From assembly GCA_963820045.1 (NCBI GenBank), contig CAWFYN010000007.1, positions 21,832 through 85,831 on the forward strand: a stretch of DNA of 64,000 nucleotides. The letters are read 5' to 3'. Position 1 is the stretch's first letter. The number at the start of each line of letters is the position of its first letter. Below are positions 31,758-41,221 of this stretch, one piece after another. Source of the stretch: an uncultured Actinomycetota bacterium. GTDB lineage: Bacteria > Actinomycetota > Actinomycetes > Mycobacteriales > Mycobacteriaceae. The notes beneath the pieces are model-generated. The model was given only the letters and a program-made list of their open reading frames with translations, was not told the DNA's origin and searched no databases. The position numbers and the translations under genes were made by a program.

Positions 31758-32984
31758 ATGACGCTCAGCACCGACCCGGCTAACCAGCCCGTCACACTCG
31801 ACCTCACCGGCGACACGAGTCCCTACCCGTTCTTCGAATACATGAGGCGCGCGGACCCGGTTTGGCACGGCGCCCTTTCGGACCACTCACAGATGCCGGA
31901 GGAATTGCGACCCAGCGACGAGTGGGTGTTGTTCGGCTACGACGGCGTTTTCCAGGCGTTCCGGGACGACCGAATCTTCACCTCGGCCGCCTACGACAAG
32001 ACGATCGGTTTGGTGATGGGCCACACCATCCTGGCGATGGGCGGTAGGGAGCATCACGATCACCGCAACCTGGTGGCCAAGGCCTTTCGCGCCACCGCGC
32101 TGGAACGCTGGGAGCCCTCGGTCATCGGGCCGGTCTGCGATCAGCTGATCGACGAGATCAAATACGACGGCCACGCCGACCTGGTCAAGGCGCTGACGTT
32201 CGAGTTTCCCACCCGAATCATCTCCGCACTGCTCGGTCTGCCCCCGGAGGACCTGGACCTCTTCCGGCGACTGTCGCTGGGTCTGATCTCGATTCAGACC
32301 GATATCGCGGCGGGGCTGACGGCGGCGGCGGAGTTGCAGGGGTACTTCCTCGAACAGGTCGAGCAGCGCCGGCGCAGACACACCGACGACATCATCGGCG
32401 ACCTGGTGGCCGCCGAGATCGACGGCGAGAAACTCTCCGATGAGGCCATCATCGCGTTCCTGCGCCTGCTCCTGCCCGCCGGCCTCGAGACCACCTACCG
32501 GTCGTCGGGTAACCTGCTGTACCTGCTGCTCACGCACCCCGAGCAGCTCGCGCTCGTTTACCAGGACCGGTCGCTGATACCGATGGCGATCGAAGAGGGC
32601 CTGCGCTACGAGACGCCGCTGACGATGGTCATGCGGACCACGACCGAGGAGGTCGAAATAGGCGGCAAGACAATCCCGTCCGACGCGCAGATCGACATGT
32701 GCATGGGCTCGGCCAACCGCGACGAGAGCCGGTGGACCGACCCCAACACCTTCGACATTCGCCGCCCGCGGCAAGCGCACATCGCGTTCGCCGGCGGTAT
32801 CCACATGTGTCTCGGCATGCATCTGGCCCGGCTCGAAACGCGGGTCATGCTGAACAGCCTGTTCGACCGCGTCAGGGATTTGGCCTTCGTGGCCGACGAC
32901 GGAACCGGCCAGGAGTCCAAGATCGTCGGGCTTACCTTCCGTTCCCCCAACAAGCTTCCGGTCACATTCGCCCCGGCCCGATGA
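31758..32984 (+). CDS. Cytochrome P450 (paralog of 46496-47704)
   Basis: AGLETT, EGLR, FAGGIHMCLG. Confidence 0.95.
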   Translation: MTLSTDPANQPVTLDLTGDTSPYPFFEYMRRADPVWHGALSDHSQMPEELRPSDEWVLFGYDGVFQAFRDDRIFTSAAYDKTIGLVMGHTILAMGGREHHDHRNLVAKAFRATALERWEPSVIGPVCDQLIDEIKYDGHADLVKALTFEFPTRIISALLGLPPEDLDLFRRLSLGLISIQTDIAAGLTAAAELQGYFLEQVEQRRRRHTDDIIGDLVAAEIDGEKLSDEAIIAFLRLLLPAGLETTYRSSGNLLYLLLTHPEQLALVYQDRSLIPMAIEEGLRYETPLTMVMRTTTEEVEIGGKTIPSDAQIDMCMGSANRDESRWTDPNTFDIRRPRQAHIAFAGGIHMCLGMHLARLETRVMLNSLFDRVRDLAFVADDGTGQESKIVGLTFRSPNKLPVTFAPAR

Positions 32985-34138
32985 GAAGCCGAGCGGCGCT
33001 CCTTCATGACGTCGGCGGGCCCTGGTCCGTCGAGGAATTCGAGCTCGACCCGCCCCGCGCCGGCGAAGTCCTGGTCGAGATGGCGGCGGCCGGGCTGTGC
33101 CACTCCGACGACCACATCCTCAAAGGCGACATGTCGGCACCCAACGAGGTGATGCGGTCCCTCGGCCTGCCGACCATGTTCCCGACGATCGGAGGCCACG
33201 AGGGCTCTGGGATCGTGCGGCAAGTCGGCGATGGCGTAACGGATTTCGCCCCCGGCGACCACGTGGTGATGTCGTTCGTCGCGGTGTGTGGACAGTGCCG
33301 ATGGTGCGCGACCGGCATGGAATACATTTGTGACGTCGGCGCTTTCACCCTCACGCCGGGGATGCCCACCGACGGCACCTTTCGTCATCACACCGCGGAC
33401 GGCCGCCCGCTGGGGCATTTAGCGAAGGTCGGGGCGTTCGCCGAACACACTGTGGTCTCGACGAATTCACTGGTGAAGATCGAGCCGCACCTGCCGTTGG
33501 CGCCGAGCGCGCTGCTGTCGTGCGCCATTCCGACCGGCTACGGCTCGGCCGCCAATCGCGCCGGCGTGCGCGGCGGCGACACCGTCGTCGTCGTCGGCGC
33601 GGGCGGAATCGGGACGGGCGCGATCCAGGGCGCCCGGATCAGCGGCGCCGCACAGATCGTCGCGGTGGACCCGGTGGACTTCAAGCAGAAATCGGCGCTG
33701 CAGTTCGGCGCGACCCACAGCGCCGCCACGATCGCCGAGGCGCAGGACATCGTGCGGGACTTGACATACGGCGTCATGGCCGACGCAGTGGTGGTCTCGC
33801 CTTCACTGATCACCCCCGACGACGTTCGCGACGCGCTGACGCTGACCCGCAAGGGCGGGACGTGTGTGCTCACCGGCATGACCTCGCAACTGACCCGATC
33901 GGTGAAGATCGACCTGCAGGAGTTCATCCTGATGAACAAGACCCTGGCCGGAACCATCTTCGGCTCGTGCAACCCGAGGGCGGACATCACCCGGCTGGCC
34001 AGGCTCTATCAAACCGGGCAGCTGCAGCTCGACGAGATGATCACCCGGCGTTATCGCCTCGACGAGATCAACGACGCCTACGACGACCTCCGCAACGGCA
34101 AAATCATTCGCGGCATCATCGATTTCGGGATCAGCTGA
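32981..34138 (+). CDS. Zn-dependent alcohol dehydrogenase (NDMA-dependent/Rxyl_3153-like)
   Basis: ATGA overlap; GLCHSD, GGHEG, CGQCRWC, GAGGIG. Confidence 0.88.
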   Translation: MRSRAALLHDVGGPWSVEEFELDPPRAGEVLVEMAAAGLCHSDDHILKGDMSAPNEVMRSLGLPTMFPTIGGHEGSGIVRQVGDGVTDFAPGDHVVMSFVAVCGQCRWCATGMEYICDVGAFTLTPGMPTDGTFRHHTADGRPLGHLAKVGAFAEHTVVSTNSLVKIEPHLPLAPSALLSCAIPTGYGSAANRAGVRGGDTVVVVGAGGIGTGAIQGARISGAAQIVAVDPVDFKQKSALQFGATHSAATIAEAQDIVRDLTYGVMADAVVVSPSLITPDDVRDALTLTRKGGTCVLTGMTSQLTRSVKIDLQEFILMNKTLAGTIFGSCNPRADITRLARLYQTGQLQLDEMITRRYRLDEINDAYDDLRNGKIIRGIIDFGIS

Positions 34139-34883
34139 GGCCGCTTCGACCCATCACCCGCTGCAGTTGGCCGTACGCGTCGATGGGGCTGTGCAGCGCC
34201 AGGCCGCCGTCGGCGTGCACGACTTGGCCCGTCACCCAAGGCAATTCGAGGACCCCCACGATCGCCCCGGCCACGTCGACCGCGTTCCCTAGACCGCCCA
34301 GCGCCGTCCGCTCGGACAAGGCCTCGACCCAGCCGGGGAGTTGTTCCGGTTTCGCCAGCATCGGCGTGCGCGTCACGCCCGGCCCGACGGCGTTCACCCG
34401 GATACCGTGCACGCCCCACTCCGCCGCGGCGACCTTCACCAACATGTCCACCCCCGCCTTCGACACGCAGTAAGCACCCATGTCCCGGTCGGCGAGGGTG
34501 CCGCTGATGCTGGAGACCGCAACGATCGAGCCGCCCACCCCGGCGTCGACCATGGCCTGCGCTCCGGCACGAATCGTCAGCCAGGTGCCCGTCAGGTTGA
34601 CTGCCAATACCCGGTTCCACTCCGCGGGTGATTGTTCGAGCAACAGGCCCGAGGCGCCGACCCCGGCGCAGGTGACGATCCTGGTGGGCGCGCCGTGGTC
34701 GCGCACGGTTTGCGCCATCGCGGTCGCCACCGCGTCGGGATCACTGACGTCGCAAGCGATGTCGCCGGCCGAGAGGTCCCACACCACGACGTGGTGCCCC
34801 GCGTCGCGCAGTCGTGCGGCGACTTCGCGCCCGATGCCGGACGCGGCTCCGGTCACCAGGGCCGGGTGGTGATCACCTCGCAT
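34131..34883 (-). CDS. Short-chain dehydrogenase/reductase
   Basis: TGAASGIG, YCVSK, VTGQVVHADGG. Confidence 0.9.
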   Translation of the reverse strand: MRGDHHPALVTGAASGIGREVAARLRDAGHHVVVWDLSAGDIACDVSDPDAVATAMAQTVRDHGAPTRIVTCAGVGASGLLLEQSPAEWNRVLAVNLTGTWLTIRAGAQAMVDAGVGGSIVAVSSISGTLADRDMGAYCVSKAGVDMLVKVAAAEWGVHGIRVNAVGPGVTRTPMLAKPEQLPGWVEALSERTALGGLGNAVDVAGAIVGVLELPWVTGQVVHADGGLALHSPIDAYGQLQRVMGRSGLS

Positions 34884-34935
34884 GAGATGTGAGTTTAGCC
34901 CGGCTCAACCGCGTCACCGGCACGCTCGGGTGCCG

Positions 34936-35757
34936 CTAGGTGAGCTTGGCCAGCGTGCGATCCCACAGCTTTCGTGCGAGGACGGGATCGTCGGCGGCGC
35001 GGTTGGCCCTCGCGGCTTTGCCCTTCGAGTAGTACTCGCCGGAAGACCAGTCGACGTCGGGCGTGCTGGAGGCCAACCAGACCAGCTGGTCGGCGCCCTG
35101 ATCCGGGGTCTTGATGAGCCGGCTCACCGGGGTGCGCTGCATGGTCGTCAGGAACCGTGATCCCGACGAGTGACCGATGTTGGTGTTGACGAAACCCGGG
35201 TGGATCACGGCGGCCGAAAGCCCTTCGGCATGGTAGCGGCGGTGTAATTCCCTGGTGAACAAGATGTTTGCCAGTTTCGCGAGGGCGTAGCCGGTGCTGG
35301 GCCGGCGCCGGCCGGTCGTTTCGAAATCGGTGAGGGTGACGTTGCGAAGCAGGCGCTGCGACGAGCTCGACGTGTTGACGACCGTGGCGCGCGAACCCAC
35401 GAGCACATCGAGCAACAGCGTGGTGAGCAGAAACGGCGCCAGGTAGTTGACCTGAAGGGTTATCTCATGGCCGTCCGCCGTTTCGCGCAGCTGGCTGAAG
35501 ACGCCGCCGGCGTTGTTGCCCAAGACGTCGATGCGCGGGCACTGGTAGCGGATCTTTTCCGCCAGGGCCCGCACTTGGCACAGGTCGGCGAAGTCGGCCA
35601 CGAAATAGTCGGCGTCCAGCTCCGCGGCCATGGCGGCGGTCTTGCTTTCCGTCCGCCCGACCAGCACGACGTTCGCGCCGCCGCGGCGTATCCGGCGGGC
35701 CGCCGCTGCGCCAATGCCGTCGCTGGCGCCGGTGATGACAATCGTCCTGCGCGTCAC
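34936..35757 (-). CDS. Short-chain dehydrogenase/reductase (retinol-DH-like)
   Basis: TGASDGIG, NNAG, VNYLAPFLLT, YALAK. Confidence 0.9.
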   Translation of the reverse strand: MTRRTIVITGASDGIGAAAARRIRRGGANVVLVGRTESKTAAMAAELDADYFVADFADLCQVRALAEKIRYQCPRIDVLGNNAGGVFSQLRETADGHEITLQVNYLAPFLLTTLLLDVLVGSRATVVNTSSSSQRLLRNVTLTDFETTGRRRPSTGYALAKLANILFTRELHRRYHAEGLSAAVIHPGFVNTNIGHSSGSRFLTTMQRTPVSRLIKTPDQGADQLVWLASSTPDVDWSSGEYYSKGKAARANRAADDPVLARKLWDRTLAKLT

Positions 35758-35833
35758 TGCCTAGACCTCCGCGGGAGCGTAACGGTCGCGATCGTCGCAC
35801 ACGGTCGATAAGCGGGTCGCTCAACCCGGGCCG

Positions 35834-37069
35834 CTAGGCCAATGAGTAGCGAACCGGCAGGTGTTTGAGGCCGCCGACGAACGTGGTGGCGACCAGTTCC
35901 GGCTCACCGCTCAGTTCAATGGATTTGAGCCTGGGCAGTAGCTCGGTGAAGAAGCTGTTGACCTCCATACGGGCCAACGCCGCGCCCATGCAGAAGTGCA
36001 CCCCGTAGCCGAAGGCGAGGTGTTTGTTGGGATCCCGCCCGACGTCGAAGCGGAACGGATCGGCGAAGACGTCCTCGTCACGGTTGGCCGACACGTAGGA
36101 CAGCAGCACCGAATCCCCCGCCGCGATGGGCACCCCACGCACGGTGGTGTCTTCGCTGGCGGTGCGCATGAATTCCTTGACCGGGGTGACCCAGCGGATC
36201 ATTTCCTCGGTGGCCAGCGGCATCAGGTCGAGGTTGTCGCGCAGGCGCTCGCGCTGGTCGGGGTTTTCGATGAGCGCCTGCAGGCCACCCGAGATCGTCG
36301 CGCTGGTGGTGTCGTGGCCGGCGGTGGCGACGATGAGGTAGTACGACACGGTGTCGATGTCCGACAGCGGCTCGCCGTCGACGCGGGCGTTGGCGATGGC
36401 GGACGCCAGATCCTCGGTGGGATGCTCGCGGCGCGAGGCGGTCACCCCGTTGAAGTAACCGAACATGTCGAACAACGCGGGCAGCTGATCCTCGTTGGTG
36501 GTGCCCCGCTTGAATTCGGAGTCGTCGCTGCCGAACAGTTCCTGCGTCAACTTGAGCATCCTCGGGAAGTCGGCCTCCGGCAGACCCAGCAACGACATGA
36601 TGACGTAGAGGGGGTAATTGACCGCCACTTCCTGAACGAAGTCGCACTCCGGACTTGCGGCCATCATTTTGTCGACGTAGCTCTTGGCGAGTTCGTCGAC
36701 GCGAAGTTTCAACGCCCGCATCGCCTTCGGGCGGAACCAGTCGGAGCCGATCGCGCGCACCACCCGATGCTGCGGATCATCCAAATGGATCAGCGTGCGC
36801 ACGCCCGCGGCGGCCTGCATTTCGTCGCCCTCGGCGGTCGTCAGGACGGGGCGGGGCCAATTGGTGAACAGCATGTTTTCGCGTTCGATGTCCATGATGT
36901 CGGCGTGCTTGGTGATCGCCCAGAAGGGCCGGTAGTTCGGCACCTCGACCCACGACACCGGCGCGCTGACGCGCAGATGAGTCAGCGCCGCATGCAACCG
37001 CTTCTCGTCGGTGTACGCCAAGGGATCTGCCAGCAGCTTGGCGGAATCGTCCACCGTGGTTGTACTCAC
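35834..37069 (-). CDS. Cytochrome P450
   Basis: GTGA overlap at 37069; AGHDTT, EMIR, FGYGVHFCMG. Confidence 0.95.
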   Translation of the reverse strand: MSTTTVDDSAKLLADPLAYTDEKRLHAALTHLRVSAPVSWVEVPNYRPFWAITKHADIMDIERENMLFTNWPRPVLTTAEGDEMQAAAGVRTLIHLDDPQHRVVRAIGSDWFRPKAMRALKLRVDELAKSYVDKMMAASPECDFVQEVAVNYPLYVIMSLLGLPEADFPRMLKLTQELFGSDDSEFKRGTTNEDQLPALFDMFGYFNGVTASRREHPTEDLASAIANARVDGEPLSDIDTVSYYLIVATAGHDTTSATISGGLQALIENPDQRERLRDNLDLMPLATEEMIRWVTPVKEFMRTASEDTTVRGVPIAAGDSVLLSYVSANRDEDVFADPFRFDVGRDPNKHLAFGYGVHFCMGAALARMEVNSFFTELLPRLKSIELSGEPELVATTFVGGLKHLPVRYSLA

Positions 37070-38088
37070 TCGCGAAACTCCTTCAGTGCGGCGGTGATAC
37101 AGGGCTGGGAGGCGTTCAAGAAGATCGGCAGCACCCGGTCGACCGCGCCTTGGCAGCGATCCCGCAGGGCGGCGGCGACGGTGTTCACCGGGCCGACGAC
37201 CGCGAAGGCCGCGAGCACCTCGCCGTCGATGAGCGAGCCCATGGCGTCCCACTCGCCCGCAAGCGACAGGCGGTGCAGTTCGGTCTGCAGGTCTCCCCAA
37301 CCATGCAGCTCCAACACCTTGCGGTAAGCGGGCGTCGACCCATAGAAGGCGATCTGCTTGCGCACGGCGGCGGTAGCGGCCGTCAGTTCATCCTCGTTCT
37401 CTCCGGTCGCGATCAGCACCTCGCTCGACACCTCAAAGTCGCTGCGGCGCCGGCCGGCTCGCTGCATGCCGCGCAGCAGCGCCGGCATCGTGACCTCGTC
37501 GAGGTAGCGCTTGGAAACCATCGGGTGACCCAGGTGACCGTCGCCGACCTCGCCGCACATCTCGGTCATCGCTTCGCCCACCGCCGCGATGAAAACCTTC
37601 GGCGCAGGATAGGGCTGGGGCTCCGGGGTGAACATCGGCGTCATGATCTTGTGCGTGTAGAAGTCTCCCTCGAAACGCAGTTTGCCGCCGTCCTTCCACA
37701 CGGACCAGATCGCGTGCAGGGCGGAGACGAACTCGCGCATCCGTCGCGCCGGGTGGCTCCACGGCATGCTGAACCGTTTTTCGATATGGGGCTGAATCTG
37801 GGTGCCCAGGCCGAGGATGAACCGGCCCCTCGAGTACGCCTGCAGGTCCCAACCGATGTTGGCGACGATCATCGGATTGCGGGCGAACGCCACCGCGATG
37901 TTGGTGCCGAGTTCGAGCCGCGACGTGTGCTCGGCGGCCAGCAGCAGCGGCAGGAATGGGTCGTGACTGGTCTCCGCCGTCCAGCCGCCGTCATACCCAT
38001 CTCGCTCCAGGGCGGCCGCTGCCTCGGTCACCCGTGCCAGTTGATTGGGGATGCCCCCGTCGACCTTGAGGCGGGCGGCGTCGGCCAT
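37066..38088 (-). CDS. LLM class probable F420-dependent oxidoreductase (MSMEG_2256-like)
   Basis: AETSHDPFLPL, GTNIAVAFARNPM, GLGTQIQPHIEKRFSMPW, FYGSTPAY. Confidence 0.85.
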   Translation of the reverse strand: MADAARLKVDGGIPNQLARVTEAAAALERDGYDGGWTAETSHDPFLPLLLAAEHTSRLELGTNIAVAFARNPMIVANIGWDLQAYSRGRFILGLGTQIQPHIEKRFSMPWSHPARRMREFVSALHAIWSVWKDGGKLRFEGDFYTHKIMTPMFTPEPQPYPAPKVFIAAVGEAMTEMCGEVGDGHLGHPMVSKRYLDEVTMPALLRGMQRAGRRRSDFEVSSEVLIATGENEDELTAATAAVRKQIAFYGSTPAYRKVLELHGWGDLQTELHRLSLAGEWDAMGSLIDGEVLAAFAVVGPVNTVAAALRDRCQGAVDRVLPIFLNASQPCITAALKEFRE

Positions 38089-38099
38089 GCGGGTAACTT

Positions 38100-38118
38100 T
38101 ACAGTAAGCAATCCAGTA
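38100..38118. promoter_or_regulatory. 19-bp family site 3
   Basis: TACAGTAA-GCA-ATCCAGTA, 13/16. Confidence 0.65.
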
Positions 38119-38227
38119 TGTGACCCTGCGCATCGTGGCGATCGCAAGCGCGGCGTAGCCGGGCGCAGCGGGTCGCCACCATCGGGACTGCTCGCGTGAC
38201 GAAACTCCCATGAGGTAGGACATAGGC

Positions 38228-39724
38228 ATGCCGAAAACCCAGGACTGGGGAGAAACGCTCGACGACCTCGGGCGGCGCCGTCAGCACGCATTGGAAATGG
38301 GAGGGCCGGAGCGGCTCGACAAGCACCGCGATAAGGGCAAGCTCGACGCCCGGGCGCGCATCAACCGGCTGCTCGACCCCGGCACCTTCCGTGAACTCGG
38401 CACCCTGGTCGGGGGCCAGGTCGCGGCCGACGGGATCGTCGTCGGCTCCGGTTTGATCAATGGCTCACCGGTGATGCTCGGCGCCGAGGATTTCACCACG
38501 ATGGCCGGCAGCATCGGGCCGGGTGGCAACTCGAAGCGCTATCGCATCGCGGAACTCGCGCTGCGCGACAAGATTCCGCTGGTGATGCTGCTCGAGGGCG
38601 CCGGCTTTCGTCCCACCGGCGGTCACTACGGGCGCACTCCCACCGACCTGCTCGCCCAGGCGCAGTGCTCGGGCCGGGTTCCGACCGTCGCCGCCGTGCT
38701 CGGCCCCTCGGCCGGACATGGTGCGCTCGTCGCGCCGGTGTGCGATTTCCGCATCATGAGTGCCCAGGGCGCCATCTTCACCGCCGGGCCGCCCGTGGTC
38801 AAAGAGTCAACAGGCGAAGACATTTCGAAAGAAGACCTCGGTGGGCCGGACGTCGCGTTGCCCAGTGGGGTGATCCACAACGTCGCCGAAGACGACGAAG
38901 ATGTTCTCGACGACATCCGGCGCTACCTGTCCTACTTCCCGCCCAGCGCTTGGTCCTACCCGTCGGCGCTGCCCGCCGACCAGGCCAGCGAGCCGCGGCA
39001 GACACCAGAGCTGCTCGACATCGTCTCCCGCGACAACCGCCGCGTGTACGACATGCGCGCCGTGCTCGACGTGATCTTCGACCGGCCGGACTGGTTCGAG
39101 GTGCAGCCGCGGTTCGGCAAGGCGATCATCTGCGGGCTGGCCCATCTCGGGGGGCATCCGGTCGCGGTGGTGGCCAACCAGCCCCAGGTGATCGCCGGCT
39201 CGATCGACGCGGACGCAGCGGACAAGGCGGCGCACTTCATCTTGGTGGCCGACTCATTCCACTTGCCGATCGTCTTCCTGGCCGACAACCCCGGCATGCT
39301 GCCCGGCAGCCGCTCCGAGCGCAGCGGGGTGCTGCGCGCCGGTGGGCGGATGTTCGCCGCCCAGACAGCGGCCACCACCTTGAAGCTGCACGTCACGCTG
39401 CGCAAGGCGTACGGGTTCGGTTCGATGGTCATGTCGCTGCTGGGTTTCGACCACCAGGTTGCGACGTTCGCGTATCCGGGGGCGACGATGGGCGCGATGA
39501 GCGCGGCGGCGCTGAGTCGGGCATCGCACGCCGGTGAGGACCTCACGGCGAAGCTGCGCGACGCGGAACTGCAAGCGTCCTACCGCTCGGCCGAACACAT
39601 GGGTTTCGACGAACTCATCGATCCCCGCGAGACGCGGGACGCCCTGATCGCCGCCCTGCGACGCGGCCTGTCCAGTCGGCAGGCCGCTGCGGAACCGGTC
39701 ACCCGAACCGCCATCATGCCCTGA
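38228..39724 (+). CDS. Acyl-CoA carboxylase carboxyltransferase subunit (AccD-like)
   Basis: GGPERL..GKLDARARI, AEDFTTMAGS, IFTAGPPVV, DNPGMLPG, RKAYG. Confidence 0.9.
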   Translation: MPKTQDWGETLDDLGRRRQHALEMGGPERLDKHRDKGKLDARARINRLLDPGTFRELGTLVGGQVAADGIVVGSGLINGSPVMLGAEDFTTMAGSIGPGGNSKRYRIAELALRDKIPLVMLLEGAGFRPTGGHYGRTPTDLLAQAQCSGRVPTVAAVLGPSAGHGALVAPVCDFRIMSAQGAIFTAGPPVVKESTGEDISKEDLGGPDVALPSGVIHNVAEDDEDVLDDIRRYLSYFPPSAWSYPSALPADQASEPRQTPELLDIVSRDNRRVYDMRAVLDVIFDRPDWFEVQPRFGKAIICGLAHLGGHPVAVVANQPQVIAGSIDADAADKAAHFILVADSFHLPIVFLADNPGMLPGSRSERSGVLRAGGRMFAAQTAATTLKLHVTLRKAYGFGSMVMSLLGFDHQVATFAYPGATMGAMSAAALSRASHAGEDLTAKLRDAELQASYRSAEHMGFDELIDPRETRDALIAALRRGLSSRQAAAEPVTRTAIMP

Positions 39725-39733
39725 CGGCTTCGG

Positions 39734-39795
39734 CGCGAGCGTGCGTGTCTGTACACGACACGCCGCCCGCGGCCGTACAACTGCGCACGCTCGCG
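39734..39795. repeat. REP-like intergenic palindrome between convergent genes (possible bidirectional terminator)
   Basis: CGCGAGCGTGCG..CGCACGCTCGCG 12-bp arms plus inner TGTAC/GTACA. Confidence 0.65.
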
Positions 39796-39800
39796 GCTAA

Positions 39801-40844
39801 CTAATCCCCGGCCCGATACGCCCCAACCACGGGCTCCAGTTCGTCCGGTGTCGCGCCGTGCATGATCACGGCGTCGGCCCCGTAGTCGAACTCCTTGCGG
39901 ACGCGATCCGCGCATCGCCGGGCCGACCCGGTGGCCGACGGCTCCAGCCACTCGTCGGGGATCAACGTCGCGATGTGCTCGATCTGCTCGGCCGTGGCCT
40001 TGTGGTCGATTCCGCCCGCGATCGACGTCACCACCGGGTCTTCCCGGAAGCGTTGCAGCACAGCCGGATCCCAGTTGTTGGTCCGGACCATCAGGTCGCC
40101 GTAGCCCTGCAGATAGGTGGCCAGGCGGGCGACCGTCTTCTTCAGCCGCAACTCCTCGGGGAGATGGTCACCGACCGTGGCGAAGCACGACCACACCCGC
40201 ACGCTGTCGGGGTCGCGGCCGGCCTTTTCGGCCGCGGACTTCACGGTGTTGGCGCAGCGCCGCAGCGTCTCCGGGGTGAAGTACGTGTGCAAGATGACGT
40301 CATCGAAGACACGGCCCCCGAGTTCGAGGGTCTTGGGACCGAAAGCCACCAGCGCCAACCGGATGTCCTCGTTGAAATCCGGGTCGAGAAACAGGATCGG
40401 GTACTTGCCCATGGGCCCGTCGTGGTTGAAGATCAGCTCGCCGTGCCAGAGGCGGCGCATGACCTGGGCCCAATCCTCCATCTGCGCGGTGGTCACCGCC
40501 GGTATGCCGAACGCACTGTAGATCGCCGCGATGCCGCGTCCGATACCCAGCGTGAAGCGTCCGCCGGAGAGCCGGTGCATGGTGGTGGCCCACGATCCGG
40601 TGATCAACGGGTGGCGGGTGTTGTGATTGGTTGCGGCGGTGGCGATCTGCATCCTGCTCGTCACGGCGCATGCGGCCCCGACGAGGGACGACGCCTCTTT
40701 GACGTTCCAGCGTTCGGAGATGAACGCGGTGCCGAAGCCCAACTCCTCGCCGCGGCGTGCCTCGTCGAGCAGTGTCGCGGGCCCCTCCCCGCCGGCACCC
40801 GCCAGCAGGTAGTAGCCCAATTCATCAAGCGTGCGATCGCTCAA
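39801..40844 (-). CDS. LLM class probable F420-dependent oxidoreductase (MSMEG_2249-like)
   Basis: TTGA overlap at 40844; ISERWNVKEA, TAATNHNTRHP, FTLGIGRG. Confidence 0.85.
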   Translation of the reverse strand: MSDRTLDELGYYLLAGAGGEGPATLLDEARRGEELGFGTAFISERWNVKEASSLVGAACAVTSRMQIATAATNHNTRHPLITGSWATTMHRLSGGRFTLGIGRGIAAIYSAFGIPAVTTAQMEDWAQVMRRLWHGELIFNHDGPMGKYPILFLDPDFNEDIRLALVAFGPKTLELGGRVFDDVILHTYFTPETLRRCANTVKSAAEKAGRDPDSVRVWSCFATVGDHLPEELRLKKTVARLATYLQGYGDLMVRTNNWDPAVLQRFREDPVVTSIAGGIDHKATAEQIEHIATLIPDEWLEPSATGSARRCADRVRKEFDYGADAVIMHGATPDELEPVVGAYRAGD

Positions 40845-41221
40845 CTCCAAACTCCTTGCTGATAGCCGCAATTCCAGACTTCGCTGATCTTCCCCTCGAC
40901 GACGCGGAACACCTCGATGCTGGCGACGTTGGTTTCGGTGCCGTCCTTGGTGGTCATCGACGAGTCGTAGACGATCGCGACGTGCTCGCCGTCGTCCCCG
41001 GCGGCGACGATGTTCAGATCGAAGCGCAACTTGTCGAACATCTCCCAGACGTCCTTGACCCGGCCGACCGCCTGGTCGCGGGTGAGAGTGTGTGCCTCCC
41101 CCACCCCGTGCCGGATCACGGTGTCGGCGAACAGCTCCTCGGCCAGCGCAAGGTTGTGCTCGTTCCAGACGACCAGGTTGTAGAGCTCGACCACCTCACG
41201 GGCCGTGCGCGTGGCCGCCAT
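40841..41221 (-). CDS. SnoaL/NTF2-like protein
   Basis: AREVVELYNL..IEVFRVVEGKISEVW. Confidence 0.8.
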   Translation of the reverse strand: MAATRTAREVVELYNLVVWNEHNLALAEELFADTVIRHGVGEAHTLTRDQAVGRVKDVWEMFDKLRFDLNIVAAGDDGEHVAIVYDSSMTTKDGTETNVASIEVFRVVEGKISEVWNCGYQQGVWS

